From Gammaproteobacteria bacterium (GTDB taxonomy: Bacteria > Pseudomonadota > Gammaproteobacteria > Ga0077536), in NCBI GenBank assembly GCA_030830685.1, contig JAURMM010000016.1, forward strand, positions 11,723 through 75,722: a DNA stretch of 64,000 nucleotides. The letters run 5' to 3'. The position numbers and the translations under genes were made by a program. Positions 43,324-53,533 of the stretch are shown here, piece after piece. How positions within the stretch are numbered: position 1 is the first letter of the stretch; the number at the start of each line of letters is the position of its first letter. Under the pieces are notes generated by a model. That model saw nothing but the letters and a program-made list of their open reading frames with translations. It had not been told where the DNA came from and did not search any database.

Positions 43324-43453
43324 GCCCGGCTACGGACCCTGCCGCATCCCGGCCGCGAGGCCGCCGACGCGGCAGCACCCGCATGGACGCCCTCGCTGCG
43401 CGGGATTAAGCTGCAAGCGTGAACACACGCAAGCGCCATGAGGGTGCAACCAC

Positions 43454-44242
43454 ATGAACAATGCACGTGAACCAGGGCAGGTCTTCAAGCTGATCCCGCC
43501 CCGGGTCCCCGGAGTCCGCGGCCGGGGCATCTATCTGCTGCCGAATCTTCTCACCACCAGCGCCCTGCTGGCCGGTTTCTACGCCATCGTCGAATCCCTT
43601 CATGCCAACTACCAGGTGGCGGCTATCGCGGTCTTTGCCGCGATGGTGCTGGATGGGCTCGACGGCCGTATCGCCCGCCTCACGAACACCCAGAGTGCAT
43701 TTGGGGCCGAATACGACAGCCTTGCAGACATGGTGTCTTTCGGCGTGGCCCCGGCCATTCTGGCGTATGAATGGCTGCTGCACGAGACAGGCAAGTTCGG
43801 GTTCCTGGCAGCGTTTCTCTATGTTTCGACGGCCGCCTTGCGTCTCGCCCGCTTCAACGCACAGGCGGCTACCAGTGACCGCAAGTATTTCAAGGGGCTG
43901 CCGAGCCCCGCATCAGCTGCGGTGGTGGCAGGATTCATCTGGTGTTTCGATGCCCATGATCTGCATGCATCCGGCCTGCTCGTGGCGCTCACCTTCCTGG
44001 TCACTGTGGCCTGTGGTGCGCTCATGGTGAGCAATATCCGCTTCTACAGCTTCAAGGATCTCGACCTGCGAGGCCGTGTGCCTTTCATCAAGGTGTTGCT
44101 GGTGGTGGCAGGCCTCGGTGCCATCGCAGTCAACCCTCCGGTGGTGCTGCTCACGGGCTTCGTGGCCTACGCCAGTTCGGGTCCGATCCTCACCCTCTAT
44201 CAGTTACGCCGCAGACGCGCCGGCCGCGCGCGCACGCCCTGA
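43454..44242 (+). CDS. pssA: CDP-diacylglycerol--serine O-phosphatidyltransferase (CDP-alcohol phosphatidyltransferase family)
   Basis: 262 aa with motif '[26 protein letters not shown]'. Confidence 0.85.
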   Translation: MNNAREPGQVFKLIPPRVPGVRGRGIYLLPNLLTTSALLAGFYAIVESLHANYQVAAIAVFAAMVLDGLDGRIARLTNTQSAFGAEYDSLADMVSFGVAPAILAYEWLLHETGKFGFLAAFLYVSTAALRLARFNAQAATSDRKYFKGLPSPASAAVVAGFIWCFDAHDLHASGLLVALTFLVTVACGALMVSNIRFYSFKDLDLRGRVPFIKVLLVVAGLGAIAVNPPVVLLTGFVAYASSGPILTLYQLRRRRAGRARTP

Positions 44243-44252
44243 AGGAAATCCC

Positions 44253-45791
44253 ATGAAAGACCGCCTCATCATTTTTGATACCACGCTCCGTGATGGCGAA
44301 CAGAGCCCGGGCGCAGCCATGACCAAGGCGGAGAAGATCCGCATCGCCAAGGCGCTCGAACGACTCAAGGTGGACGTGATAGAGGCAGGTTTCCCGATTG
44401 CGAGCCCGGGTGACTTTGAAGCAGTTCAGGCGGTCGCGCGCACCATCAGGGACAGCACCGTGTGCGGCCTCTCCCGCACGGGCGATGCCGACATCGATCG
44501 CGCCTATGAAGCGCTCAAGGATGCCCCGTCCTACCGCATTCATACCTTCATCGCCACCTCGCCCATCCACATGCAGAAGAAGCTGAAGATGGAGCCGGAC
44601 GAGGTCTTCGAGGCGGCGGTGCGCGCGGTGAAACGTGCCCGCAACTACACCGACAATGTGGAGTTTTCGTGCGAGGACAGCAGTCGGTCCGAGTTCGACT
44701 TTCTCTCGCGCATTGTGGAGGCCGTGATCGCAGCCGGGGCCACCACCATCAACCTGCCGGACACCGTGGGCTACGCGGTGCCGGAGCAGTACGGCGATTT
44801 CATCCGGCGCATCCTGTCCAATGTCCCTAACAGCGACAAGGCTGTGTTTTCCGTGCATTGCCACAATGATCTCGGGCTGGCAGTGGGCAATTCACTGGCA
44901 GCGGTGATGAACGGGGCGCGTCAGGTGGAATGCACCATCAACGGACTCGGCGAACGGGCGGGCAATGCGTCGCTGGAAGAAATCGTAATGGCAGTGCGCA
45001 CGCGCAAGGACTATTTCCCTTGCGAAACGCGCATCGAGACCACGGAAATCATGAACTGTTCGCGGCTGGTCTCCACCATCACAGGTTTCCCGGTGCAGCC
45101 CAACAAGGCCATCGTGGGGGCGAATGCCTTCGCCCACGAGTCCGGCATCCACCAGGACGGGGTGCTCAAGCACCGCGAAACCTACGAAATCATGCGCGCG
45201 CAGGATGTGGGCCTGAACTCTAACCGCATCGTGCTCGGCAAGCTCTCCGGTCGTAATGCCTTGCGCACCCGGCTCAAGGAACTCGGCATCGAGTTCCAGA
45301 GCGAGCAGGACATGAATGAGACGTTCAAGCGTTTCAAGGATCTCGCGGACCGCAAGACCGAGATCTACGACGAGGATTTGCAGGCACTGGTGTCCGATTC
45401 CGCGACGGAAATCGCCAACGAGCACATCCGTCTGGTGTCGCTCAAGGTACGCACGGAAACGGGTGAGACGCCGCGCGCGACGCTGGTGTTGTCCATCGGG
45501 GGTAACGAGCGCACCGCAGAGGCGGACGGCGACGGTCCTGTGGACGCGGCCTACCGTGCGATCGAGCAAATGATGAGCAGCGGTGTTCAACTCCAACTGT
45601 ATTCGGTCAACGCCATCACAACCGGCACGGATTCCCAGGGCGAAGTGACTGTGCGGCTCGAGCGCGCGGGTCGTATCGTGAACGGCCAGGGCGCTGATAC
45701 GGACATCATGGTGGCCTCGGTGAAGGCGTACTTGAACGCCCTGAACAAGGTGCTGTTCCCCGTCCACCGGGAACATCCGCAAACCGCCTGA
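44253..45791 (+). CDS. leuA: 2-isopropylmalate synthase
   Basis: '[24 protein letters not shown]...' plus '[17 protein letters not shown]'. Start at 44253, after removing the upstream extension. Confidence 0.92.
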   Translation: MKDRLIIFDTTLRDGEQSPGAAMTKAEKIRIAKALERLKVDVIEAGFPIASPGDFEAVQAVARTIRDSTVCGLSRTGDADIDRAYEALKDAPSYRIHTFIATSPIHMQKKLKMEPDEVFEAAVRAVKRARNYTDNVEFSCEDSSRSEFDFLSRIVEAVIAAGATTINLPDTVGYAVPEQYGDFIRRILSNVPNSDKAVFSVHCHNDLGLAVGNSLAAVMNGARQVECTINGLGERAGNASLEEIVMAVRTRKDYFPCETRIETTEIMNCSRLVSTITGFPVQPNKAIVGANAFAHESGIHQDGVLKHRETYEIMRAQDVGLNSNRIVLGKLSGRNALRTRLKELGIEFQSEQDMNETFKRFKDLADRKTEIYDEDLQALVSDSATEIANEHIRLVSLKVRTETGETPRATLVLSIGGNERTAEADGDGPVDAAYRAIEQMMSSGVQLQLYSVNAITTGTDSQGEVTVRLERAGRIVNGQGADTDIMVASVKAYLNALNKVLFPVHREHPQTA

Positions 45792-45803
45792 GGCCATGCA
45801 GTC

Positions 45804-46535
45804 ATGTCGAGTTTGCGCCAGAAGGCGTGCCTGGCGGCGATGGGCGTGGATATCTGGGTGCGTCGTGCGCGGGAACCGGACAGCATGACCCCTCCGCGCG
45901 CACCGCGTACCTCGGTGGCCCGCGAACAAGAGCCTGTGTCCGCTGCGACGCCAGTGCCGACTCAGCCTCTGCTGGACTGGGAAACCTTGGCTACCCGGGT
46001 TGCCGATTGCAGGGCGTGCGAACTGCACGAGGGCCGCACCCAGACGGTCTTCGGCACCGGCAGCCGCAGCGCCGAGTGGCTCGTCATCGGTGAGGCTCCC
46101 GGTGCCGAAGAAGACAAGCGGGGTGAACCTTTCGTCGGCCGTGCCGGGCAGTTGCTGACCTCCATGCTGGGTGCCGCGGGACTGCCCAGGCCACAGGTCT
46201 ATATCGCCAACATCCTCAAGTGCCGGCCGCCTTCCAATCGCGATCCCAAGCCTGAGGAAGTCACCAGTTGCGAGCCCTACCTGTTCAACCAGATAGCCTT
46301 GCTCAAACCGCGGATCATCCTGGCCGTGGGCCGCATCGCCGCCCAAAACCTGCTCAAGACCCAGACCCCCATCGGCAAGCTGCGCGGCCAACGGCATGCT
46401 TTCGGTCCGGAAGAGATTCCGGTGGTCGTGACTTACCATCCGGCCTACCTGCTGCGTTCGCCTGGCGAAAAACGCCGGGCCTGGGAGGATTTGCTCTTCG
46501 CGCGCCAGGTTTACGAATCCCTGCCCGCGCGCTGA
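45804..46535 (+). CDS. Uracil-DNA glycosylase, family 4
   Basis: 243 aa with '[23 protein letters not shown]' and '[14 protein letters not shown]', plus Fe-S cysteines ([10 protein letters not shown]). Confidence 0.75.
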   Translation: MSSLRQKACLAAMGVDIWVRRAREPDSMTPPRAPRTSVAREQEPVSAATPVPTQPLLDWETLATRVADCRACELHEGRTQTVFGTGSRSAEWLVIGEAPGAEEDKRGEPFVGRAGQLLTSMLGAAGLPRPQVYIANILKCRPPSNRDPKPEEVTSCEPYLFNQIALLKPRIILAVGRIAAQNLLKTQTPIGKLRGQRHAFGPEEIPVVVTYHPAYLLRSPGEKRRAWEDLLFARQVYESLPAR

Positions 46536-46546
46536 TCCTGCACTGC

Positions 46547-47047
46547 ATGAGTGCCGGCGCCACCCCTGCCAATCTGCTGCTCAGGCCCATGCGGGAGCAT
46601 GACCTGGTGCAAGTGATGGAGATCGAGCAGCGTGCCTACGAGTTCCCCTGGACGAGCGGCATCTTTGCCGACTGTCTGCGTGCGGGGTATTCATGCTGGA
46701 GTCTGCTCGAAGATGACCGCCTGCTCGGTTACGGCATCATGACCATGGCGCTGGATGAGGCGCATGTGCTCAATCTGTGCGTGGACCCGCATCGGCAGCG
46801 GCGCGGCCACGCCCAGCAGTTGCTCGACCATCTGGTAGAGGTCGCCCACGGCCGCGGTGCGAGCCGGATCTTCCTGGAAGTGCGTCCCTCCAACCTGCCG
46901 GCCCGGCGGCTCTATGCACGCAACGATTTTGTGCAGATCGCTGTCCGGCGCGGGTATTACCCCGCGCACGGGGGGCGTGAGGATGCCTGGGTCCTGAGCC
47001 GTCGCCTTGCGCAAAGCACTGGCAGTGAGGCGCGGAGCACCGGTTGA
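46547..47047 (+). CDS. rimI: Ribosomal-protein-alanine N-acetyltransferase RimI (GNAT)
   Basis: 166 aa GNAT with 'VDPHRQRRGHAQQLLDHLVEVAHGRGASRIFLEVRPSN'. Start at 46547, after the UDG stop. Confidence 0.75.
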   Translation: MSAGATPANLLLRPMREHDLVQVMEIEQRAYEFPWTSGIFADCLRAGYSCWSLLEDDRLLGYGIMTMALDEAHVLNLCVDPHRQRRGHAQQLLDHLVEVAHGRGASRIFLEVRPSNLPARRLYARNDFVQIAVRRGYYPAHGGREDAWVLSRRLAQSTGSEARSTG

Positions 47048-47109
47048 AACAAGGCGGTCGCTGGGCTAGCCTTCGGCCATCGACAACCCCAGACCGAACA
47101 GGATTACCC

Positions 47110-47658
47110 ATGGTGTCCACTTCTCTCCGCGGCCTGCTGTGTGCGGGTCTCCTCGCCACTGCCGGTGCGGCTTCCGCGCTCGACCGCGTGACGTTCGAAT
47201 ATGGCAATTCCGCAGGGGACGCGGATATCGATCGTTATGGCGCCAACGTGACCTTTGACTTCGGGGTGCATTGGCTGGAGAGGGGTAGCTGGTTTCTCGG
47301 CGCGTACCAGGAGGTAGGCATCAGCTATTGGCACAGCGACCCTGGCCGTTACGACAACGATTCTCTGGTCGATTTCGGCGCCACTCCGGTCCTGCGCTGG
47401 CAAAAGACACCCGGCCAAGGGCTCGCCCCCTTTCTGGAACTGGGCGCAGGGATTCATGTCACTACTGAAAGCGAAATCGAGAACAAGGATTTCGATCTCA
47501 ATTTCACCTTTGGCAGCCATGTTGGGGGTGGGGTGCGATTTGGCGACAAAGGCCGTTACGAGCTGATGTATCGCTTCCAGCATCTTTCCAACGCGAGCAT
47601 CGGCGAGAAGAACCCCGGGGTGAACTTCCACCTCTTCAATCTCGGCTACCACTTCTAG
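47110..47658 (+). CDS. pagL: Outer-membrane lipid A 3-O-deacylase PagL-like beta-barrel
   Basis: Signal peptide 'MVSTSLRGLLCAGLLATAGAASA'. Alternating amphipathic beta-strands. Candidate His/Ser active site 'HLSNAS'. C-terminal aromatic 'GYHF' OMP signature. Confidence 0.55.
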   Translation: MVSTSLRGLLCAGLLATAGAASALDRVTFEYGNSAGDADIDRYGANVTFDFGVHWLERGSWFLGAYQEVGISYWHSDPGRYDNDSLVDFGATPVLRWQKTPGQGLAPFLELGAGIHVTTESEIENKDFDLNFTFGSHVGGGVRFGDKGRYELMYRFQHLSNASIGEKNPGVNFHLFNLGYHF

Positions 47659-47705
47659 GACATCGCGCCTAGTGAGGCCCCCGGCCCGGGGGTAGAATCC
47701 CGGGC

Positions 47706-48596
47706 ATGGATTACCCCACCATCGAGGAAACGGTCGGCAGCACGCCGCTCGTGCGTTTGCAACGCCTCCCCGGCGAAACCTCCAACCGGCTGCTGGCCAA
47801 ACTTGAAAGCCACAACCCTGCTGGGTCGGTGAAGGACAGACCGGCCCGCAACATGGTTGTGCGGGCCGAGGCGCGCGGGGAGATCAGGCCTGGTGACACG
47901 CTCATCGAGGCAACCAGCGGAAATACCGGCATTGCGCTCGCCATGGTGGCTGCTATGCGCGGATACCGGCTCATCCTCATCATGCCGGACAACATGAGCA
48001 TGGAGCGCCGGGCAATCATGAAAGCCTACGGTGCCGAGATCATCCAGGTCCCTCGCGAGGGCGGCATGGAGTCGGCGATCGACCTCGCACGCTGCATGGA
48101 GGCGGACGGCGAAGGCCATGTGCTCGACCAGTTTTCCAATCCCGACAATCCGCTGGCCCATTACGAGTCCACAGGGCCCGAGATCTGGCGAGACACCCAC
48201 GGGCGGATCACGCATTTCGTGAGTGCCATGGGTACCACCGGCACCATCATGGGGACCGGCCGCTATCTCAAGGAACAGAATCCAGCGGTGGAAATCATCG
48301 GTGTACAGCCAGGGGAGGGCGCCAGCATCCCCGGCATCCGGCGCTGGAAGCCACCGTATGTCCCCCAGATTTTCGATCCGGCGCAGGTAGACCGCCTGTT
48401 CGATGTGACTCAGCAGGAAGCCGAGGAAATGGGGCGCCGGTTGGCTGCGGAGGAAGGAATTTTCGGTGGCATCTCAGCCGGGGGTGCAATGGTCGCGGCG
48501 CTGCGCGTGTGTGCCGAAGTCAACGACGCCACCATCGTCACAGTCATCTGCGATCGCGGCGATCGCTATCTCTCCACCAAAGTCTTCCCAGCCTGA
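47706..48596 (+). CDS. cysM: Cysteine synthase (CysM/CysK family, PLP-dependent)
   Basis: 296 aa with 'NPAGSVKDRPA' (PLP lysine) and 'TSGNTGIALA'. Confidence 0.85.
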   Translation: MDYPTIEETVGSTPLVRLQRLPGETSNRLLAKLESHNPAGSVKDRPARNMVVRAEARGEIRPGDTLIEATSGNTGIALAMVAAMRGYRLILIMPDNMSMERRAIMKAYGAEIIQVPREGGMESAIDLARCMEADGEGHVLDQFSNPDNPLAHYESTGPEIWRDTHGRITHFVSAMGTTGTIMGTGRYLKEQNPAVEIIGVQPGEGASIPGIRRWKPPYVPQIFDPAQVDRLFDVTQQEAEEMGRRLAAEEGIFGGISAGGAMVAALRVCAEVNDATIVTVICDRGDRYLSTKVFPA

Positions 48597-48605
48597 GCAT
48601 CCGCC

Positions 48606-49394
48606 ATGAATTTCAATTGCCTGGTTTTCGATATCGAAACAGTTCCGGATGTGGACGGTGCGCGGCGGCTCTGGGATCTCGTGGGTCTCAGCGACGCGGA
48701 TGTCGCCAAGGTGATGGTGGCCAAGCGCCAGCAGGAAACGGGCGGTCAGAGCGAATTCCTGAGGCATCACCTGCAGCGCGTGTGTTCCATTGCGGCGGTA
48801 TTCCGGCATGACGATCGCCTGACCGTGTGGTCGCTGGGCGAAGAGGACTCCAGCGAAGCCGATCTCATCCATCGTTTTTTTGATGGACTCGAGCGTTATT
48901 CGCCCACGCTGGTGTCCTGGAACGGCGGCGGTTTCGATTTCCCTGTGCTGCATTACCGGGCACTGCTGAACGGCGTCGCGGCGCCACGCTACTGGGAAAC
49001 TGGCAACGACGATAACAGCTTTCGCTACAATAATTACCTCAGCCGATATCACTGGCGGCATCTGGATCTGATGGATGTGCTCTCCGGCTATCAGCCCCGT
49101 GCGGTCGCCAAGCTCGACGAAATCGCGACGCTCATGGGCTTTCCCGGTAAGCTCGGCATGACAGGCGCGGACGTATGGCCGAAGTATCTGGCAGGCGCGA
49201 TCCGCGAGATTCGCGATTACTGCGAAATCGATGTACTGAATACCTGGCTGGTTTACCTCGGCTTCGAGCGCATGCGCGGCAACCTGCATGCCAGCCAGCA
49301 TGCCGAGGAACTCGTGCGCCTCCGCCAGTACCTTCAGGAACAGGACAAGTCCCACTTCCATGACTTTCTGGCCGCCTGGCCGCCCGGGGCATGA
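48606..49394 (+). CDS. Predicted 3'-5' exonuclease (RNase H-like fold, PolB-exonuclease-related)
   Basis: 262 aa beginning 'CLVFDIETVPD' (Exo I-like DIET motif), and a later 'YCEIDVLNT'. Confidence 0.55.
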   Translation: MNFNCLVFDIETVPDVDGARRLWDLVGLSDADVAKVMVAKRQQETGGQSEFLRHHLQRVCSIAAVFRHDDRLTVWSLGEEDSSEADLIHRFFDGLERYSPTLVSWNGGGFDFPVLHYRALLNGVAAPRYWETGNDDNSFRYNNYLSRYHWRHLDLMDVLSGYQPRAVAKLDEIATLMGFPGKLGMTGADVWPKYLAGAIREIRDYCEIDVLNTWLVYLGFERMRGNLHASQHAEELVRLRQYLQEQDKSHFHDFLAAWPPGA

Positions 49395-50707
49395 GGCGCA
49401 AGGACAACTCTCCTCGTGAATATGCACTGACGATCGAGCGGCTCTCGCATGAGGGGCGCGGCGTCGGACATGTCGACGGCAAGACCGTGTTCGTGGCCGA
49501 TGCTCTGCCAGGCGAGCGGATCCAGGCGCGGGTGACGCGGCGGCACCGCCGCTTCGATGAGGCAGCGACGGAGACTCTCGAGAATCCGAGTGCCGATCGC
49601 GTCGCTCCGCGCTGTGCGCACGCTGCACTCTGCGGTGGCTGCTCGCTACAGCACCTCGCACCCGCGGCGCAGATCGCCCACAAGCAGGCGGTGCTCATCG
49701 AGCTACTCAAGCATCAGGGTAATACCCGGCCGATCGACATTCTCCCACCCATCACCGGGCCCCTGTGGGCCTACCGGCGACGCGCCCGGCTCAGTGTGCG
49801 CATGGTTCACAAGAAAGGGCGGGTGCTCGTCGGCTTTCGCGAGAAGGCCACGCACTACGTGACCGAGGTGATCCAGTGTGCGGTGCTTCATCCTGCAGTG
49901 GGCGAACGCTTGCCGGCTCTGCGCGACATGATCGACAGTCTCAGCATCCGTGAGCAGATCCCGCAAATCGAGGTGGCAGTCGACGATGACAAGGCGCTGC
50001 TCGTGATTCGCAACATGGCCACGCCCACTGAGGAAGATCTTCGGCGTCTGTGGGCCTTCGAGACGGAGACCGGGCTGCACCTCTACCTGCAGCCTGGAGA
50101 CCCCGCCAGTTGCACTCCGGTGAGCGCACCGGTTGAGCTGCACTACACGATGTCTGGCATCCGGTACGGTTTTCGCCCCGGGGATTTCGTCCAGGTCAAT
50201 GCGGCCATCAATGCGCGGCTGGTCGAGGCTGCGGTCACGATGCTTGCGCCTGGTGCGGATGAGCGGGTGCTGGATTTGTTCTGCGGTCTTGGCAACTTCA
50301 CCTTGCCGTTGGCGGCGACCGGCGCAGCCTCCGTCCTGGGGCTGGAAGGTGAAGCGGCGCTCGTTGAGCGCGCACGCGAAAATTCGCAGGCGAACGGACT
50401 GTCCAATGTGCTTTTTGCGCGTGCTGACCTCTTCACGCCGGAGGGTGTGGCACCACTCGCCGGTCGCCCGTTCGAGAAAATCCTCCTCGACCCGCCGCGC
50501 AGTGGCGCGGAGCAGGTGCTGCAGACCCTCGATCTCAGCGCCACGCGGCGCCTTGTGTATGTGTCCTGCAATCCCGTGACCCTCGCGCGGGATACCGCCA
50601 TCCTGGTCCGGGATCGGGGCTTTCGCCTGCAGTCGGCCGGGATCGTCGACATGTTCCCGCATACCGCGCATGTCGAATCGATCACCCTGTTCGAACCGCG
50701 GCGCTGA
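49391..50707 (+). CDS. rlmD: 23S rRNA (uracil1939-C5)-methyltransferase RlmD (RumA)
   Basis: TRAM domain, Fe-S cysteines, SAM-MTase motifs ('LDLFCGLGNF', 'DPPRSG') and catalytic 'VYVSCNP'. Confidence 0.85.
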   Translation: MRRKDNSPREYALTIERLSHEGRGVGHVDGKTVFVADALPGERIQARVTRRHRRFDEAATETLENPSADRVAPRCAHAALCGGCSLQHLAPAAQIAHKQAVLIELLKHQGNTRPIDILPPITGPLWAYRRRARLSVRMVHKKGRVLVGFREKATHYVTEVIQCAVLHPAVGERLPALRDMIDSLSIREQIPQIEVAVDDDKALLVIRNMATPTEEDLRRLWAFETETGLHLYLQPGDPASCTPVSAPVELHYTMSGIRYGFRPGDFVQVNAAINARLVEAAVTMLAPGADERVLDLFCGLGNFTLPLAATGAASVLGLEGEAALVERARENSQANGLSNVLFARADLFTPEGVAPLAGRPFEKILLDPPRSGAEQVLQTLDLSATRRLVYVSCNPVTLARDTAILVRDRGFRLQSAGIVDMFPHTAHVESITLFEPRR

Positions 50708-52196
50708 GCTTCTCAGCCTGCTCCTGCTGGTGAGCCTGCTCATCGGCTGCGCAGAGCAGCCGGATGCAGTGCTGCGTGTGGGGCTCTCCAGTGCACCAGC
50801 AACGCTGGATCCACGCCATGCCACCGATGCCGCTGCCGCGCGTCTGTGCCGCCTTTTGTATGCGTCCCCTGTCGATTTCGATGCGGCGTTCCGCCCACAG
50901 CCCGCGCTCATGACCTGGGAGATGCACGCGCCGGAGCATTATGTGTTCCGCCTGCGCGGTGAGGCGTTCTTCCATGACGGCACACCCATTCGCGCAGAAG
51001 ACGTGGCCGCAACCTATCGCAGTGTGCTGGACCCTGCGCAGGCTTCACCGTTCCGCGGCGCTCTCGCCCACATCATCTCGCTGGAAGCGACTTCCCCGAA
51101 GACGCTCGAGGTGCGGTTGTCGCGACCTGATCCGCTGTTTCCGGGCTTGCTCACCCTGGGGGTGCTGCCAGCGCGCGAGCTCGAACAGGCGCGCAGGACC
51201 TCTGCCTATACAGGAAGCGGCGGGTTTCGCCTGGCGGCAGAGTTCAATCCGCAACACGTGCAGCTGGTGCGACAGGTCGACGGCCAGCGTGTCGACTTTC
51301 TGGTGGTGCCGAATGAAACTACACGTGCACTCAAAGTGTCGCGTGGTGAACTTGACCTCGTGCAAGGCGGAATGTCTCCGGAATTGACTGCCTGGCTGTC
51401 GCGCCAACCCGGGATTACGGTGCGACGCGTGAAAGGCACGGTCTATACCTATCTAGGGTTCAATCTGCATAGCGGACCCACCCGCGATTTGCGCGTGCGG
51501 CAGGCCATTGCGCATGCGATCGATCGTGATGCCTTGGTGCGCCATGCTTTCAAGGCTCAGGCACGCCTGGCAGACGGCGTACTCGTGCCGGAACACTGGG
51601 CTGGTGTGCCTGATCCAGAGCGGCTTCGGCATGATCCGGCACGGTCACGCAGTCTTCTTTCTGAGCTCGGCTACGGGCCCGCGGATCCCCTCGAACTCAC
51701 CTACAAGACTTCGAATGACTTCTTCCGTCGCCGCATCGCTACGATTCTGCAGGACCAGCTCGCCGCCGTAGGCATACGACTCGAGATCCGCAGCCATGAC
51801 TGGGGCACGTTCTTCGGTGATATCAGACGCGGAGATTTCCAGGTTTACGCCCTGTCCTGGGTTGGCTTGCAGCTTCCCGACATTTTCCGCCAGGCATTTC
51901 ATAGCGCCTCCGTGCCGCCAACAGGCGCCAACCGGGGACGCTATGCCAGTGCTGAAATGGATGCCCTGATCGAGCAGGCGGAACGCGCCCCCGACGAGGC
52001 CGCGCGCGCCGCAGGCTACCGCGCAGTGCAGCGTCTGCTGGGGCGGGATCTGCCGTATGTATCGCTGTGGTTCGAGGACATCGTGGTGGTTCAGGGCGCC
52101 CGAGTGGTCGGTTACGATACCAACCTGAACGGTCACTATGACGGATTGCTGGAGACCCGGCTTGCCCTCGATGAACATCGCGCTGCCCCGCATTGA
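50670..52196 (+). CDS. ABC transporter substrate-binding lipoprotein, family 5 (DppA/OppA/MppA-like)
   Basis: Lipobox 'LLLLVSLLIGC'. About 500 aa, typical SBP_bac_5. The start overlaps rlmD by 38 nt. Confidence 0.8.
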   Translation: MSNRSPCSNRGAELLSLLLLVSLLIGCAEQPDAVLRVGLSSAPATLDPRHATDAAAARLCRLLYASPVDFDAAFRPQPALMTWEMHAPEHYVFRLRGEAFFHDGTPIRAEDVAATYRSVLDPAQASPFRGALAHIISLEATSPKTLEVRLSRPDPLFPGLLTLGVLPARELEQARRTSAYTGSGGFRLAAEFNPQHVQLVRQVDGQRVDFLVVPNETTRALKVSRGELDLVQGGMSPELTAWLSRQPGITVRRVKGTVYTYLGFNLHSGPTRDLRVRQAIAHAIDRDALVRHAFKAQARLADGVLVPEHWAGVPDPERLRHDPARSRSLLSELGYGPADPLELTYKTSNDFFRRRIATILQDQLAAVGIRLEIRSHDWGTFFGDIRRGDFQVYALSWVGLQLPDIFRQAFHSASVPPTGANRGRYASAEMDALIEQAERAPDEAARAAGYRAVQRLLGRDLPYVSLWFEDIVVVQGARVVGYDTNLNGHYDGLLETRLALDEHRAAPH

Positions 52197-52662
52197 AGTC
52201 AGCCTTGCACGCCAGACCGTGCGGCTGTGTTTCGGCGAGATCGTCTTGCGGGAATATGCAGTCTCCACCGCGCGCAATGGTCCCGGGGAACGCATCAACA
52301 GCGAGTGCACACCCCGTGGCAGGCATTACATCGGGGCCAAGATCGGCGCGGGCATGCCGGCCAATACGGTCTTCACGGCGCGCAAGCCGACTGGCGAAGT
52401 GCACAGCCCCGAATATGCAGCTACCCAGCCGTCGGGGCGCGACTGGATTCTCACCCGTATCCTGTGGCTCGCAGGCGCAGAGCCCGGGTTCAACCAGGGT
52501 GGGGAATGCGATACCTGGGCGCGCTACATCTATCTGCATGGCACACCGGATGATGTGGTGCTCGGCAGTCCGGGCTCGCGGGGCTGCGTGCGCATGCGCA
52601 ATGCGGACATCATCGAACTCTTCACCCGCGTGGAAGTTGGCACGCCGGTGCTCATCCACTGA
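52171..52662 (+). CDS. L,D-transpeptidase catalytic-domain protein (YkuD)
   Basis: 'YIYLHGTPDDVVLGSPGSRGCVRMRNADIIELF' is the canonical HG(T)...S.GC(V/I)R(M/L) LDT active site. Confidence 0.7.
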   Translation: MNIALPRIEVSLARQTVRLCFGEIVLREYAVSTARNGPGERINSECTPRGRHYIGAKIGAGMPANTVFTARKPTGEVHSPEYAATQPSGRDWILTRILWLAGAEPGFNQGGECDTWARYIYLHGTPDDVVLGSPGSRGCVRMRNADIIELFTRVEVGTPVLIH

Positions 52663-52686
52663 ACCGCATCCCCGGGGAGAACCTGC

Positions 52687-53499
52687 ATGCAATTCCAGAC
52701 GCTGGACGTGAGCCTTGAAGCGGGCGTTGCCCATATCCGTTTCAACCGGCCCGAAAAATCCAATGCCCTGAACGAGCCGATGTGGTTTGAGCTGCGCGAC
52801 GCCTGCCGTTGGGCCGACGAAACGCCGGCTGTGCGTGTGGTGATCCTCTCCGGCAACGGGCGCAACTTCTGCTCTGGCATTGATCTCTCCATGCTGGGCG
52901 CACTTCAGCAGACCGTGCTTGCAGTGCCGCCAGGGCAGCGACACGAAGTGCTGCGACATCGAATCCGAGCCTTGCAGGAGTGCGTCAGCGCCCTGGAGGG
53001 CTGCCGCAAGCCCGTGATTGCGCAGATCCACGGTGCCTGTTTTGGTGGAGGCATCGATCTCATCACCGCCTGCGACCTACGTCATGCAACGGCAGACGCC
53101 CGCTTCTGCGTGAAGGAAATCGATGTGGCGATCGTCGCCGATGTTGGCACTTTGCAGCGCCTGCCGCGAATCGTGGGCGAAGGGCTTGCCCGCGAGATGG
53201 CACTGACTGCCCGTGAATACACGGGAACAGAGGCCGCAGGAATGGGGCTGGTGACCAGGTTGCACGCCAATCAGGAAATCCTCGCAAAGGAGGTCTCTAT
53301 GCTGGCCGCCGTCATGGCCGCAAAATCTCCGCTGGCGATGCGTGGGACCAAAGAATCCCTCAACTTCAGCCGCGATCACACCGTGGCCGAAGGTCTCGCC
53401 GAGGTTGCGGCACGCAATGCCGGACTGCTCTTCTCTCCGGACATCGAGGAAGCCATTGCGGCGCAACGGGCAGGCCGCGCGCCGCGGTTCGCCGACTGA
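52687..53499 (+). CDS. Enoyl-CoA hydratase/isomerase (crotonase) family protein
   Basis: 270 aa 'VAHIRFNRPEKSNALNEPMWFEL...GNGRNFCSGIDL'. Confidence 0.8.
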   Translation: MQFQTLDVSLEAGVAHIRFNRPEKSNALNEPMWFELRDACRWADETPAVRVVILSGNGRNFCSGIDLSMLGALQQTVLAVPPGQRHEVLRHRIRALQECVSALEGCRKPVIAQIHGACFGGGIDLITACDLRHATADARFCVKEIDVAIVADVGTLQRLPRIVGEGLAREMALTAREYTGTEAAGMGLVTRLHANQEILAKEVSMLAAVMAAKSPLAMRGTKESLNFSRDHTVAEGLAEVAARNAGLLFSPDIEEAIAAQRAGRAPRFAD

Positions 53500-53533
53500 A
53501 GCGCATCGTGGGCGTCCTGATGAGTGCGCAGTA

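Noticed and set aside
44892-46439. 515-aa minus-strand ORF antisense to leuA and the UDG gene
   Set aside because: It is antisense to two well-supported genes, and the same applies to 38084-39496 (antisense to proS), 49703-50911 (antisense to rlmD) and 51823-53031. Long stop-free reverse frames are expected at about 65% GC.
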